A stretch of 64,000 bases of DNA. Origin: Lama glama (lineage: Eukaryota). Below the pieces are notes generated by a model. The model saw nothing but the letters and a program-made list of their open reading frames with translations. It was not told where the DNA came from and did no database searches. Within the stretch, counting starts at the first letter, position 1, and every line of letters begins with the position of its first letter. The stretch covers positions 11,906,001 through 11,970,000 of the forward strand of contig CM052816.1 in assembly GCA_028534125.1 (NCBI GenBank). Direction: 5' to 3'. Positions 24,111 through 38,298 of this stretch are shown one piece after another. A program made the position numbers and the translations under genes.

Positions 24111-26162
24111 GGTTTTTCTCCTGATCTAACACAGGTGGAGGGACCAGTCTCTGAACATAAAGGGCTTCCAGTAAGAAGCTGAATGACTATGATAGAGATC
24201 CCATGGAGAGGATCGAGGAGTAGAGTGGATCGCATCCCGCTTTGAGAGTCATGAGTCATTGACAGGCAAGTACCCACGGGTTCAGGAAGTAGCCCTTACT
24301 GCTCTGTGGCATGGCATGTGGGTCTCAACCCAAGAGATGATACTGGCTGGCTCAGGAGAGGGTGACGGTCCAAAATAACATGATGAGTGTCCTGATTATA
24401 CATCCCTTGGTACAACTTAGTCTCTTGTCTATCCTGAGATAAAAACACTAAGGCCACTTGCTGTGCAAAGCTGATAATGAATCTGTTCTGAATTGATGGC
24501 ATCTCTTATGATTAGGCCAAGGAATTTAAGGCTGGTACTTGATGGTGCAGGAAATACGGTTTTACACTGACCTCCCATTAAAACTTGGAAGTCTAACCAT
24601 TAAGTATATTTTATTAAGCCTCTATTTTGTGCTAGACACTGAACAGAGTTGGTTCAACTTCAGGATTGTCTATGAGTCTTGATGGTTCATTATACCGTGC
24701 ATCTTAAGTAGCATACAGTTTCTGCAGCCAGATAATGAGCTTTGAAGTTGCTGTACTGAGCATTCACTCTGGGAACTGTCTAGGTTAAATTATCCATTCT
24801 GGAGTAAGATGGAAGCTTTGGGTTCCAATACTGCTTGACCATCCCTAGACTGGCCTAGGTTTGTGAGAAAGAGCCATTGTCCAAGAAGGGGATTTTAAAA
24901 AAGTTTCAAGACCTACTCGTGGCTGTCCAGATACATGGCCAGCTCTTTGGGCTAGACTGCAGCCCAGCTCACCTTTCAGTCATGGCTGACGACAAAATGC
25001 TGGATTTCAATGCCTAAGTCTGCTCCTTAGATAGGAATTCGTATGAGTGACGCTGAGTCCAGGGTCAACTAGAGCTGGGCAGACTTTTGCATCCTTTCAA
25101 ATCACATAGGGTTGGGTGGATGATGGAAAGGTGAATTCCATCTGTCTTCTTGTCCTTCTTACTGTGCATCTGGAAACTGCCAGCTATGCTCACCCTCCTC
25201 CATAATCAACCTGTTTTTAGATTATGTCAAGGTTTCAGTGTTTTGTTTAAACAGTCTTGCTCTGAGCAGCCATGTTTGTCTGACTCACTCACCTCACATG
25301 GAAAAAAAATAACTGAAATAAAAACCTTAAAAAGGGTTCTCTAAAAATGTCCACAAAATCATTTCTACTAAACACTAACAGTTCTGTTAACTGTACATGA
25401 AGTGTCTCCCCCTCTCCTATTTTCTTTTGGTCCATGAGTGACTATCACGGCAAGAGGCTTGCAAACTGCCAAGACTCAGGGGTAAGTTTTGGACTCAGAA
25501 GCTGAGTTCTTGAATGAGGCCTTTAGGCTAAAGTGAAAAACTTTAAAACCACTGTCCTAAATTACTGAGAGCCATCAGAGGTCACAGAAATTGGATTTTC
25601 TATGTATACTGATATTCATAAAGGCCTTGAAATACATACTCCTATTTTCATCTGTTTTGTTCACTATTCTTTCTGGGTTTGTGGGGCTGGTAATAAAGTT
25701 AGTGTGGAGAAGACACACCCTCTTGGCTTGCCATGAACGAAGGTCAACAGTCAGTCTTATTTCTTCCCAATGTGGGACTGTAAGGAATGCGGGCCATCAG
25801 AGCTATGTTACCACTCGAGCAAATGTGAGGTGAAGCTCTCAGTTCATTGGGCCCATTTTTCTCGGGAAGAATGATGTAAATACCTGGAACTTAAATGTAT
25901 TTCAATTGCTGTTACTTGCACATTCATATACTTCTGTAGGGTTTTTCATGGTTGAAAAAAAGAGATGTGAGGCCTGTGCATTTGCAGCATTCAATAACAT
26001 AAATGCTCATTTCTGAACTGTGATTGTATATTGCTTCACAGCTCATACTGTCACATGCTCAGTTCCCAACACAGCCAGGATGGTGTGCATTGGGCTGATG
26101 ACATTTTGACAAAACTATGGAGATTCTAGGCATTGGCCAGTGTCTATAATAATGAGGCATAC

Positions 26163-26164
<2 letters not shown>

Positions 26165-26220
<56 letters not shown>
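26165..26220. repeat. (TG)n microsatellite with one interruption
   Basis: Read directly. Confidence 0.97.
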
Positions 26221-26221
<1 letters not shown>

Positions 26222-26769
26222 TAGCCAGGTGTAGACTTCCATCAGGTATTTGACTGAATTACAACATTTTTCTAAATGTTTAAAGCCATATTTGCCACTT
26301 CAGACTTAAGTTTGCTAATATAAAGAGACAATTTTCCAAGTGAATAGGTGTGCACTTTGCTCTTTTGACAGAAAGTGGACATGTCCAGTGAGCACCAATT
26401 TTGTTGCAAGTAGTGATGTAAGAAAGAAGCACAGAAATTAGGGCAGAGGGGAGTGTGGTTGGCAGTTTGGTCAGGACTAAAATCCACACAGAGATTGGAG
26501 GTATCTCTTGGTACAGAAAAATCAAAGAAACCAAACCAAAAGCAAAGAGCAGGCAACATGCAGAAGACAGACAGGTAGGTAGATAGATGGATGATAGACA
26601 GACAGACAGATAGCCACAAGGAATGTAATTTCCTACTTTTTTCTATTCCATTAAGTCTGTTAAATATGAGTAGCATATTTCAGAATAGCAGGAAGCCAGG
26701 AAAGAGCTGTGATAAACTCTAGGTCCAGGAATCACCTAAAATGCCTGAGATCCGTTATTCTATCCCTCT

Positions 26770-27230
26770 CTCCCATTGTCTTTAAGACAAAGCCCAAAGT
26801 CCCTTAAGTGGCTCTAAGTCCTGAGATGATTCAGTCCCTACCTACTCTTCAGCCTCATTTCTAGCTTTCTTTAAAAAATTACTCTGCTTCTGTCCAACTG
26901 GCCTTCTTTTAGTTCCTTGACATGCTGTATTCTCCATGGAATCTGAATCTTTATGCAACCTGATATTGCTGATCGATACCCTGTTCTCTCCTCCCACACC
27001 TACTCTTCCACGCGGTGAAATGCTATTTGTCTTTCGGGTCCCAGCTCAAGTGTCACTTTCCCAAGGAGGCCTTCCCTGATGTCCCATCTCCCTGGTGAGT
27101 CTAGGCCTCCCCATTATGTGTTCCTAGAACATACTAAACTTCTTCACAGCACTCATGGCTGTTGGAATCACCTGTTTAAAGCTGTCTTTTCTATTATAAC
27201 TGTGAGCTCCATGTGTTCACTGGAGGTTCA
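26770..27230 (+). mobile_element. L2 LINE 3' region
   Basis: ctcccattgtctttaagacaaagcccaaagtcc...actggccttcttttagttccttga...cagctcaagtgtcactttcccaaggaggccttccctga. Confidence 0.8.
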
Positions 27231-27639
27231 TCCAAGAACCTCACCGGATACCTTCCACTTGGTTTGTGACCAACTTTTTGAAAGTTTTTAAAAGTAAAGC
27301 TGAGTAGAGAGGCTCCAGGGTCAGTGAACACTTACTGTAAACTGTGAGGAACAGTGCATCCTCATGGGTGGCTGCTGTAATAAGTCACATAAAACATCTG
27401 GAGTTCCTCGTAGCATGAGCTCGTCAGTTTGTAATGTTAAGTAGCTTTGAGTTCTTTATTGGAATTAAACAGCACAGAAATAGTATCTTTACATGGATGT
27501 GTCAAAAGTCATTAAAGTCAGCAGATTAAAATCACACTTCAGATCTTTCCCCCCGAGCCTGCAGTGGCATGCTATCATCAGCTTCTGTGGACAGGAGTAC
27601 CCCATCCAGCTCATAGAGCCACCTTCATCATCTCTGTCT

Positions 27640-27900
27640 TCCTCCCCAGAGCCCAGTCCTCAACAAGACCTGATGGTTTCATATTTCTTCCTTCCATTCA
27701 TTTTGCTCCTTCTCCGGGTCCTCCCTCCTAGCCCTCTACTATCCCTCTTTCTGAACAGCACAGTAGCTTCAGAGGTGGTCTTATTCCATGCATCGCCTTC
27801 CCTCCAAGCCAATTGTCTCAGTGTAGCTACAGTGATCTTTTAAAATTTTATGTCTAATGACGTCACACATGTGCAGCTTTATATTTTTCGGCTTCCAACA
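27640..27900 (+). mobile_element. L2 LINE fragment
   Basis: ctccaagccaattgtctcagtgtagctacagtgatcttttaaaat...gtcac...ggcttcc. Confidence 0.5.
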
Positions 27901-27929
27901 GAATAACAACATGAACAACAAGTAACACG

Positions 27930-28020
27930 TTGCACAGCACCTTACAGTACACTTTATGTACAAGACCCTGTACTAAGTGCTTTGTGTGTATAGACTCATC
28001 TAACCCCCACGAGAAGCTGG
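27930..28020 (-). mobile_element. MIR SINE fragment
   Basis: tatgtacaagaccctgtactaagtgctttgtgtgtatagactcatctaacccccac. Confidence 0.6.
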
Positions 28021-28023
28021 GTT

Positions 28024-28398
28024 CTTTTTTGTCAGTTGTATTTTTATTGAAGTGTAGCTGATTTACAATGTTAGTTTCAGGTAGGTGTACAGCGAAGCAA
28101 CTCAGTTACACATATACATATATATTTCAGATTCTTTTCCACTGTAGCTCATTGCAAGAAATTGAATGTAGTTCCCTGTGCTGTACAGTAGATCCTTGTT
28201 GTTTACCTGTTTTATATAGAGCACTGTGTATCCGTTAATCCCAAACTCCTACTTTACCCCTCCTCCTCCTTTTCCCTTTTGGTAACCATAGTTTGTTTCC
28301 TATGCCTATGAGTCTGTATCTGGTGTGTAAATCTGTGTCAGTTTTTTTAGATTCCACATATAAGTGATATCATATGATATTTGTCTTTCTCTGACTTC
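28024..28398 (-). mobile_element. Artiodactyl-type L1 3' end, 5'-truncated
   Basis: ttttattgaagtgtagctgatttacaatgttagtttcagg...agattccacatataagtgatatcatatgatatttgtctttctctgact; degenerate TSD (aagctgggtt / aagttggttt). Confidence 0.9.
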
Positions 28399-28534
28399 GA
28401 AAGTTGGTTTTTTGTATGGATTTGGCCCACTGTGGAGAACAGAGGGGTTGCGTGGAGCCAGCCACACATACTTACCACTCTTGAAACGTTTTCTAATTTG
28501 GAGAGGCAATGTAGGGCCTCAACACAGAGCCAAC

Positions 28535-28748
28535 AGAGTGTTGACTCTAGAGACAGACTGCCTGGCTTCAAGGCGTGGCTGTGCTATTTACTAGGTGACA
28601 CCAACCTCTCTGGACTTTGTTCCCTTATGAACTAAATGGGAATAATAATTGCATCTCCTTTATAAGGTTGTTTTATCAAATAAGTAAATATGAGTCAAGT
28701 GTTTAGGATGATACCTGACACAAACAGAATTCAATAAAAGTTATCAAT
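28535..28748 (+). mobile_element. MIR SINE
   Basis: gactctagagacagactgcctggcttcaa...aaatgggaataataatt...cctgacaca...tcaataaa. Confidence 0.8.
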
Positions 28749-28763
28749 ATTGCCTTAGGATAC

Positions 28764-29103
28764 ACAGCCATCCCTTGGTAGCCACAGAGATTAGTTCCAA
28801 GACATCCTCAGAAACCAAAATCTGTGGATGCTCCTTTATATAAATTGGCATAGTACTTGAATATAACCTATGCATATCTTCCTGTATACTTTAAATCATC
28901 TCTAGAGGACTTATCATATCTAATACAATGTAGATGCTATGTCAGAGTTGTAAATGCAATAAAATGCTTTGTAAATCAATAGTTGCTGGCACACAGAAAA
29001 TTGAAGTTCTGAATTTTGGAACTTTTTGGAATTTTTTTTTCCTGAGTATTTCTAATCCATGATTGGTTGAATCTGCTGATGTGGAACCTGTGGATATGGA
29101 CCA
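28764..29103 (+). mobile_element. MER2B-like TcMar-Tigger element
   Basis: accaaaatctgtggatgctc...atataacctatgcatatcttcctgtatactttaaatcatctctaga...ttggttgaatctgctgatgtggaacctgtggatatgga. Confidence 0.85.
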
Positions 29104-29149
29104 CACACACACATATACATACATGCATACATACATACATATACACACA

Positions 29150-29640
29150 CAGTATAATTTTCTTAAAATGGCATAGAAGACCTAAAATATACCAACTCTG
29201 TCTATCCTTCCAACCTCATCCTTTGCCGCTTTTCCACACTTTCTCCTACTTTTTTTTTTTTTGACCTTCTGTCTGTCTCTCACAGAATCATACCCTTTGC
29301 CACAGGAAACACTTGTCCCTAGTATTCTCCAACAATCCCTGCCTCCCCTATTTAACTCTGAAATATTTTTCACATCTCATCTCAGACGTCACTTACACTT
29401 TAAAGTGAACCCTTACCCACCTACAGGCTAGTTTAGATCTCACTGCTACATGTTCCCAGTATACCCTGTAACTTCCCTGTGCCTTGCTTATCCCAATTGC
29501 AATTTTATATTTCTTGCGTTTTTTCCTAATTGTCAAACTTTCTCATTATACTATAAGATTCCTGCTAGAAGGGACCGAGTCTTGTTGTATTCACCATAGT
29601 ACAGTGACCATGATATATTTCTTGTGTTCATGAATGAATA
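29150..29640 (+). mobile_element. L2 LINE 3' region
   Basis: tctcatctcagacgtcactt...ctataagattcc...gggaccgagtcttg...atgaatgaat. Confidence 0.6.
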
Positions 29641-31544
29641 CACATGTCTCCATTATCTGGTGCTTGTGATGTAAGGGGTAAGTTTCTAGTTTAGAAACAC
29701 AAACTTCCCTCAAATTTCTGCAGTGTGGTTTGTTGAAGATGTTAAATCCACAGAAACAGATGCAGGCTCTTTTTGTGACTCTCTTATGTAATTGAAACCA
29801 GAGATGATGTTGGTTTTGTATTCACAGCTTAGGAATAAAAATCAAAGGCCTACTTTTGACGTGAACTTACATTTGGAGCTGAATGTGGATTTTGATTGTA
29901 CCTTAAGTCCCTCATGAAGATGTAGGAAAGATATTGCTTAATCTTGCATAGTTTTTCCCCATAAATCACTCTTGAGAGCTTGTTTAGCTAAATCATGAAG
30001 CAGAATTCCAACTGTCCTAGTAGAAGTCATCAGTGAGGTAGTTCATCTAACAAGGGATAAAGGTTCTGGTGAAAGGATTAGACAAGAAATGTCAGCACAG
30101 ACAGGACAAAGGGTTTTCATTTGCACTAGACAATCATAAAGGGAATCTAAATCCCGATGAATCTTTTGCTTTCTTTGGAAGCAGCTGACCTGTTAGGCAT
30201 TTAGGGCTCCAGTCCCATGTAGTAGAAGCAGTAACAGTTTTCTACACAGCCAACGTGTTTTTTACGCAGGTGTGAACAGATGAAATTGTGCATCTGAGCA
30301 CAGATGAGATGAAAAAATAAACCATTGAAAATCCGAGCTAAAAATGGCCATATCCATTTGGTATAAGCAAACATAATACATGGGAAATGCCATGGGAAAT
30401 TAAGTTCAGTGGTCTCCCTCCAGTCTGGGACTCATGTTTTGCTACTTTTGAAGTAGTACGGTGGTTATTCTTGGGGATGTAAGAAAGGTTTTTTCCTTAA
30501 GCTTCTCTATTATTTCCTCTACATAATAAAATCCCTGGTCCTACAGAGCGTGTGGATGAAGGAATAGGATGAAAAGGCATCTTCAAATGTGGATGTAAAT
30601 ATAAGCTCTTGGATTTCCTGAGGCAGCTCATGTCCTTTTCACTGGCCCTGATATCAACTGAGTTCATTATTATAATTGGACAACAGTTCTCCACCAACGT
30701 GCCTCATCAATCACCATTTGATATTAAAATATTTGATGCCTTTTGTCACAAAAAGCAACACGTTACATGTGTTTCCAGGAAGGAGGAGTAGTAGATTTGA
30801 AACAAAACTTACTTTTATAAACACTGACACCAACATTAGAGACATATGGGAGATGGAGAGAAATAAACCACCATGCAAAGTTAACGATAACTTAAGAATT
30901 GTTTTCTAATAATTGTTTCTTCAATATGGGAAAAAAAATCCCATGTAGGTATTTGAGTAAACCATATATAGTCATTTGTGATCACAGGAATTATACAGAT
31001 CCCTCCAAAATAGTTACACCAGAAATTACAAATCAGATAAAGCTTATTACACCTTTCATGGGGCTTGAAAGACCACTATGAAAATAGTCCACCTACACCC
31101 GATGTCACATCAAAATGCATTTTTTCTCAGGTTGCACTGGCACCCCACCCTAATGTGGTTAGGTACCTTTTAATCCCATGCTCACAGCAGAATATGCTTT
31201 ATAAGTATTGCCTGCAATGGAGACTGACCATTCCAGTGCTGGTTTGGGTTACCAGCCATGCCTGCAGGGTGAAGTTCTCTGTCTCCAGAAAAGTTCTGGA
31301 TGGAAGTCATTCCCATGCAGTCACATGCTACTTATTCACATATTCTTTGGATTCTTTTGTACAATCATCACATCTATTTTCTTTCATTCTTGAGTATGGT
31401 TAGCTCTTTTATCTTTAAAATACCCATTCTAATACTAGTAGAGAACTTAGTCCCATATCTCTTGTAAATTTTGGTCCTGGAAAAATCAGTATTGTGCACC
31501 TAAAATATCATCCAGTTGTCACTATTTGTTTTCTCCTATTATGG

Positions 31545-32010
31545 TTTCTCATTTTAAAAAATAAATCTAAATTCCGTACTGTGATTTACAAGCCCCTAAA
31601 GGATCTAGCCTTATGCACCTTTCCTGACACATTTCCTGTCTCCTCCTGAACTCCAGTCACACTGGTTTTTATTCATTTTTCAAATAGGTCTCTTTTTTCC
31701 TGCCCCAGGGCCTTTGCACTTGCTGTTTCTGCTGCTTGGGACATGATTACCCCCAACCTTCACATGTGAGGCGCCTAGATTTAAAAAAAATATTCTCAGG
31801 GATGCTTTTCCTGATTATCCTACTTATAGTAGATTTACTCTTTTATAGCACTTAGCATGACAACATATAATTTATTTATTCACTTATTCTTTCTTTTGGT
31901 TTTAATGCCCTGAAAAAATGCAAATTCCTTAAAAGCAGTTCCCATACATGCTTGACAATCAGTCAAGAGCCCAGCATTTCTAGGGTCTTTTACTAATAGG
32001 TCTTTGCTAA
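31545..32010 (+). mobile_element. L2 LINE 3' region
   Basis: ctccagtcacactgg...cctgccccagggcctttgcacttgctgtttctgctgcttgggac. Confidence 0.8.
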
Positions 32011-32999
32011 ATGCTTTTGGGAATGCTAGGAATAACTTCTTAGCTAAGATAAAGTATTCTTTATTTGAAGAAAATTCATTTAAGCAAAAATAAAATTTAC
32101 AAAACCGATTTTAAAGTGCTATGTGAAATTAACAGCTCCATCTAAGAAAGGAGTATATGGCATGTACTGCATGGTGACATCTGCCTGCAAACTCCACCTT
32201 TGCGTTTTAGTTGTATTCTATCTCATAAGCAATTACAGCATGGGAAGAGGGCAACTCATCCTAGGAACTAGGGCCAAACCTGGCCCTTAGCATGGGCTGT
32301 AAGTCCCTCAAGTGAGGCATGAACTCAAAGCTTGGCACGTGCTATAAGGTATGACATTCTGTTTTAGTGTCTGTCTGCTATATCCTCAGTCCCTGGCATG
32401 ATGCTGCCACCTTACAGGCGCTCAGATATCTGCTGGATGAATAAATGAATCCATGCAACATCACACAACCTGGTAATCTTTATTTGCACTTAAGCTATTT
32501 TTATTGCTAGAGTTAGTCGTTTTTTTTTTTTTCTTGCTAAAACAACATATTGCTGATTTTATATCAAAAGTCTGTAGGGAAACACGATTCACTTTATAGC
32601 CAATTTTGCTGAAATGTATTGGCCCTGCAAAGCAAGAGACATTTATACTTTGAAATATGCATTGTCATTTACGCTTCAAAAACAGAGTAGTTTTCCTTGG
32701 CTGTTTCTTGGCTTAATCAGTCCCCTAAGCTGAATAAATGAAAAGAATGGAATGTGTATGAGCATTCAATTACATTCTAGCAAGGTGACTTTTACTCTGT
32801 TCTCAGTAATGCAATTATCAGTGAACCACTGTTTTGTCTAGGTAATTATTTTTGTCATAAACTATTATTGGATTATGAAATACAGTGATTCCAGGAAAAA
32901 GGAAAATGTTCCCAGTTTGAAGTCTAATCCCAAACTATTAAGTAAAAATGCAATTGCAACATTATTTCACCTGCTAAATTTCTAAAATTAAAAACAAAC

Positions 33000-33410
33000 A
33001 AAAAAATCCAAAATAACAGTAAGGCTGCCATAGATACAGTATTCTCAAACATTGTTAGTGGGAGGGAAAATTGGGGTAACAATTTTGACAGCGATTTAGG
33101 CTATGTGTACATTAAAATTGTCACTGTGTTATGAGCTAGTAATACCACTTCTAGCAATTAATACAGATAGAGTTGTGCATAAAGGTTTATATATAAGAAC
33201 ACTCACAAAAGCATTAGTAAGAATAACAAAAAGCAAACAATATATTGTGCAAATATTAGGGATAGAGCAGTATAAATAATGACACACGTCTATGATTTAA
33301 ATTCTGAATTGTCATTAAGATTAATGCTTACACAGACTATTGAAGGACACGGGAAGTGGTCAGTTGGTAAAGCTGAGTGGAAAAGGCAGGAAATGAAAGA
33401 GCAGCTATAG
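33000..33410 (+). mobile_element. Old L1ME-like fragment
   Basis: tctcaaacattgttagtgggagggaaaattgg...agtaataccacttctag...taaataatg. Confidence 0.65.
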
Positions 33411-33429
33411 AAGAGATGACTCTCTTCCT

Positions 33430-33740
33430 CTGGTGGAATCTAGCCTGTGGATGTGTTTGGTTTGACTTGCACAGTGTCAGTTTTGTAAACTAGTTGCCAA
33501 TATATAAAAACCAGGATATTTTCCCTTAGAACAATCTTATTTTCAAGTCCTCCCTAAAACCCTTGGATTTTGGAGCTCTGGCAACATTCAGATCACATCC
33601 ACCTGGAAGCAGAGACCTGCAGGTGGGAGGCTCTGCCCCTTGAGACTTGGCCTCTGCTCTCCAGGTGGTCACAATCCCTAGCTCTCCTGACTACTGCCCC
33701 TGCATTGTTGCCTCACTGGTTTGGGAGTTCTTGGCTCCAA
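33430..33740 (+). mobile_element. MER102-like hAT-Charlie element
   Basis: gaatctagcctgtggatgtgtttggtttgacttgcacagtgt...tagttgccaatatataaaaaccagga...ctggcaaca...tgctctccag. Confidence 0.7.
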
Positions 33741-34117
33741 TGCAGCATGATCCGGTTTTGCAAAATTAGCATATGTACATGTTTTTCCAATTACAAAATA
33801 ATAACATTTTTAAATTTTTAATGGAAATACAGTTGATTTATAACATTGTATTAGTTTCAGATACACAGCACTGTGATTCAGTTATTTCAGAGATTATACT
33901 CCATTAAAAGTTACTAGAAGATAATGGCTATAATTCCCTCTGCTATACAGTGTATCCTTGTTGCTTATCTATTTTATACATAGTAGTTTGTATCTTTTAA
34001 TCCCTACACTAATTTGCCCCCTCCCCTTTCCTTTCCCTTTTGGAAACTACTTGTTCGTTATTTATATCTGTGATTGAGTCTGCTTCATTTTGCATATATA
34101 TTCATTTGCATTATTTT

Positions 34118-37100
34118 TTAGATTCATACATATAACTGATATCATACAGTATTTGTCTTTCTGTCTGACTCATTTCACAAAGCATGATGTTCCCTAGGTC
34201 CATTCATGTTGTTGCAAATGGCAGAATTTCATTCTTTTTATGGCTGAATAATATTCCATTGTGTGTGTGTATATAGAAAACATCTTTATCTATTCATCTG
34301 TTGATGAACATGTGGGTTGCTTCCATGTCTTGGCAATGGTCCATAGTGCTGCTGTGAACACTGGAGTGCATGTTATCTTTTAGAATTCGTTTTCATCTTT
34401 TCTAGATATATGCCCAAGAGTGGGACTGCTGGACCACAGGGTAGCTCTATTTTAAGTGTTTTAAGAAACCTCCATACTGTTTTCTATAGTGGCTGTGCCA
34501 ATTCACATTCCTACCAACAGTGCACAAGGATTCCCTTTTCTCTACATCCTTGCCGACATTTGTTATTTGTGTTCTTTTTGATAATAGCCATTCTGACAGC
34601 TGTGAGGTAGTATTTCATTGGGGTTTTGATTTGCATTTCTCTGATGATTAGCAATATTGAGCATCTTTTCATGTGCCTGTTGGCCATCTGTATGTCTTCT
34701 TTGGAAAAATGTCTTTTCAGGTCTTCTACCCATGATTTGATTGAGTTGTTTGTTTTTAATAGAGTTGTATGAACTGTTTACATATTTTGGATATTCACCC
34801 TTGTCAGTCATATCATTTGGAAATATTTTCTCCCATTCTGTAGGTTGTCTTTTCATTTTTTAAAATGATTATCTTTGCTGTGCAAATGCTTTTAAGTTTA
34901 ATTAGGTTTTATTTATTTTTGCTTTTGTTTATTTTGCTTTAGGATCTCGAAAAATACTGCAGTGATTTATATCAAAGAGTGATTTGCCCATATTCTCTTC
35001 CAAGAATTTATGGTTTCAGATCTTAAGTTTGGTCTTTAATCCATTTTGAGTTTATTTTTGTATGTGGTGTGAGGAAATGTTCTAATCTCATTGTTTTACA
35101 TGTAGCTGTCCAGTTTTCCCAGCACCCCTTCTTGGAAACATTCTCTTTGCTCTGTTATATTTTCTTGTCTCTTTGTCATAGATTAATTGATCATAGGTGT
35201 ACAGGTTCATTTCTGGGCTCGCTATTCTGTTCCATTGATCTGTATGTCTGTTGGTGCCAGTGCCGTGCTATAGCTTTATAGTATAGTCTGAAGTCTGGGA
35301 GTGTGATACCTCTAGCCTTGTTCTTTTTTCCAAAGATTGCTGTGGCAGTTCAGGGTCTTTTGTGGTTCCACATAAATTTTAGGACTACATGTTCTTGTTT
35401 TGTGAACAGTGTAATGAGTATTTTGATGGGGATTGTGTTAAGTCTGTAGATTGCTTTGTGTACTATGGCCATTTTAATAATATTAATTCTTCCAACCTGG
35501 GAGCATTAATTTTCAATTTCTGTCATCAGTGATTCAGTTTTCAGAAGACAGGTCTCTTACCCGCATGGTTAAGTTTATTCCTAGTACTTTATTCTTTTTT
35601 ATGCAATTTCAAACAAAATTGTTTTCTTGTTTTCTCTTTCTGATAGTTTACTAGTGTATAAAAAAGCAACAAACTTCTGTATAATAATCTTATATAATGC
35701 ACTTTTCTGAATTCATTTATTAATTCTAATAGTTTTGGGGTGGAGCTTTTGGGGCTTACATATAAAGTATCATGTCTTCCACAAATAGTGATAGTTTTAC
35801 TTCTTCCCTTCGAATTTGGACACCTTCTTTCTCCTTGTCTGATGGCTGTGGCTAAGATTTCCAATAACTGTGTTAAATAGAAGTGGTGAGAGTACACATC
35901 CTTGATGTGTTCCTGAATTTAGAGGAAAGGCTTCCAGCTTTTCACCATGGAGTATGATGTTAGTTGTGGGTTTGCCATAAATGGCCTTTATTGTGTTGAG
36001 ACATGTTTCCTCTGTTTCCACTTTGATGAGAATTTTTTTTTCATCATGAATGGATGTTGAATTTTGTCACTTTTTTCTGCATCTGTGGAGATGATTATGT
36101 GATTTTTATCCTTTTTTCAAACACGCTTTATCACTTTGATTTATTTGTGAATGTTGAACCATCATTGTGTCCCTGTAATAGATCCAACTTGATTGTGGTG
36201 TGTGATCCTTTTTATTATATTGTTGGATTCTGTTTGCTAATATTTTGTTTAGGATTTTTGTATCAATATTCATCAAAGATGTTGGTCTGTGACTTTTTTT
36301 TTTTTGTAGTGTCTTTGTCTGGTTTTGGTCCGGTAATGGTGGCCTCACAGGATACATTTGGGAGAGTCCCTCCTCTTCAATTTTTTGGAATATTTTTGAG
36401 AGGGACAGGTATTAGTTCTTTATATGTTTGATAGGATTTGCCTGTGAAGCCATCTGGTCTTGGACTTTTGTTTGCTGGGAGGTTTTTTTTTCCCACTATA
36501 AATTCAATTTCATTGTTAGTGATTGGTCTGTTCAAATTGTCCTTCTTTTTGGTTCAGTCTTGGCAGGTTGTGTGTTTCTAGAAATTTGTCCATTTCTTCT
36601 ACATTGTCCAGTGTTTTTAGGGGAGCATGTAACAGTTTGTAGCATTCTGAGTTTTTGAATTTCTCTGTTGATGGGTGTTATTTCTCTTCTTTCATTCCTT
36701 GTTTTTTTTTGGGGGGGTCCTCTTTCTTTTTTTTCTTAATGAACGTGACTAAAGGTTTATCAATTTTGTTTATCTTTTCAAAAAACCAGCTCTTGGTTTC
36801 TTAGATTTTTTTCTATTTTTTTAATCTATTTTTAAAATTTTATCTCTGATCTTTGTTATTTCCTCCCTCCCTTCTGCTGACTTTGGGCTTTGTGCTTCTT
36901 TTTCTAATTCCTTTAGGTGGCAGGTTAGGTTTTTCATTTGAAATTTTTTCTTGTTGGTTGAGAAAGGCCTGTATAGCTATCAGCTTCCCTCTCAGAACTG
37001 CTTTGGGTGCATCCTGTAGATTCTGCAGTGCTATGGTTTCATTTTGATTTGTCTGGAGATATTTTCTGATATTTTCTCTGATCTCTTCATTGACTCACTG

Positions 37101-37825
37101 ATTTTTTTAGTGTCATGTTTAGTCTTCATGTGTTTATTCTTCATTATTTTTTTCTGTAAGTGATATCTAGTTTCATACTGTTGTGGTCAGAAATAATGAT
37201 TGATGTAATTTCTGTCTTTTTAAATTTGTTGATACTTGTTCAGTGTCCTAGCATGTTTTCTCTCCTGGAGAACATTCCCTGTGCACTTGAAAAGAATGTG
37301 TATTCTGCTGTTTTGGGATGGAATGTCCTTTATATATCTAGTAATTACAACTGGCCTATTACGACCACTTCTGTCTGGATGGTCTGTCCACTGATGTCAG
37401 TGGGGTGTTAAAGTCCCCTACCGTTATTGTCAGTTTCTCCCGTTATGTCTCAGTACTTATTTATTTAGCTGCTTCTGTATTAGATGCATATATATGTTAA
37501 TGAGTGTAATACCCTCTTCTTGTACGGATCCCTTTATCATTATATAATGCCCTTCTTTGTCTTTTGTTAATGACTTTGTTATAAAGCCATTTTGTCTGAT
37601 TAATATTGTAACCCCACCTTTCTTAGTGTTTCCATTTGCATGAAGTATCTTTTTCCCTCCCCTCACTTTCAGTGTGTGTGTGTCTTCAGCCTTGAAATGA
37701 GTCTTCTGTAGGCAGCACAATGAAGGGTTTTGTTTTATCCAGTGAGCCACCCTAAGTCTTTTGATTGGTACATTTAGTCTCTTTACATTTAAAGTAACTA
37801 TAGACAAGTATGTACTTATTGCCAT
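34118..37825 (-). pseudogene. L1 ORF2 (endonuclease/reverse transcriptase) remnant, disrupted
   Basis: Fragmented ORF-track peptides at 37457-37825, 36106-36357, 35797-36021 and 34563-34856. Confidence 0.9.
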
Positions 37826-38298
37826 TTTATTACTTGTTTTCTGGTTATTTTTATATAATTTTTTTTGTTAATTTCTTCTTTTGTTTCTTCCCTCGTGGTT
37901 TGAAGGAATCTTCAGTTTCTCTTCAGTAGTATGCTTGTGTTCCTTTCTTTTTAGTTTTTGTGCATCTATCTTAGGTTTTTGATGCATGGTCATCATGTGG
38001 TTTATATATGTTGACCTATAATTATATTTACATGTTTAAATGGGTAGTCATTTAAGTTCCAACACATTCCAAAAGTTTTTACTCTGCTGTCTCACCTTTC
38101 GTGTTTCTGATGTCATATTTTACATCATCTTCATGCATATCCCTTCACTGTTTACTGTAATTATAGCCACTTTTACAATTGTTTGTCTTTTAATCTATGG
38201 ACTGGCTTATTTAAGTGGTTGATTCTTAGTCCTTACTATATATTTGCCTTTTCTAGTGAGGGTTTTCCCTTTCCTATGGATTCTTACTTCTTTTCCAT

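Noticed and set aside
32400..32422. CTCF-like gctgccaccttacagg
   Set aside because: Matches only the 3' half of the core and appears to lie in an L2 tail remnant
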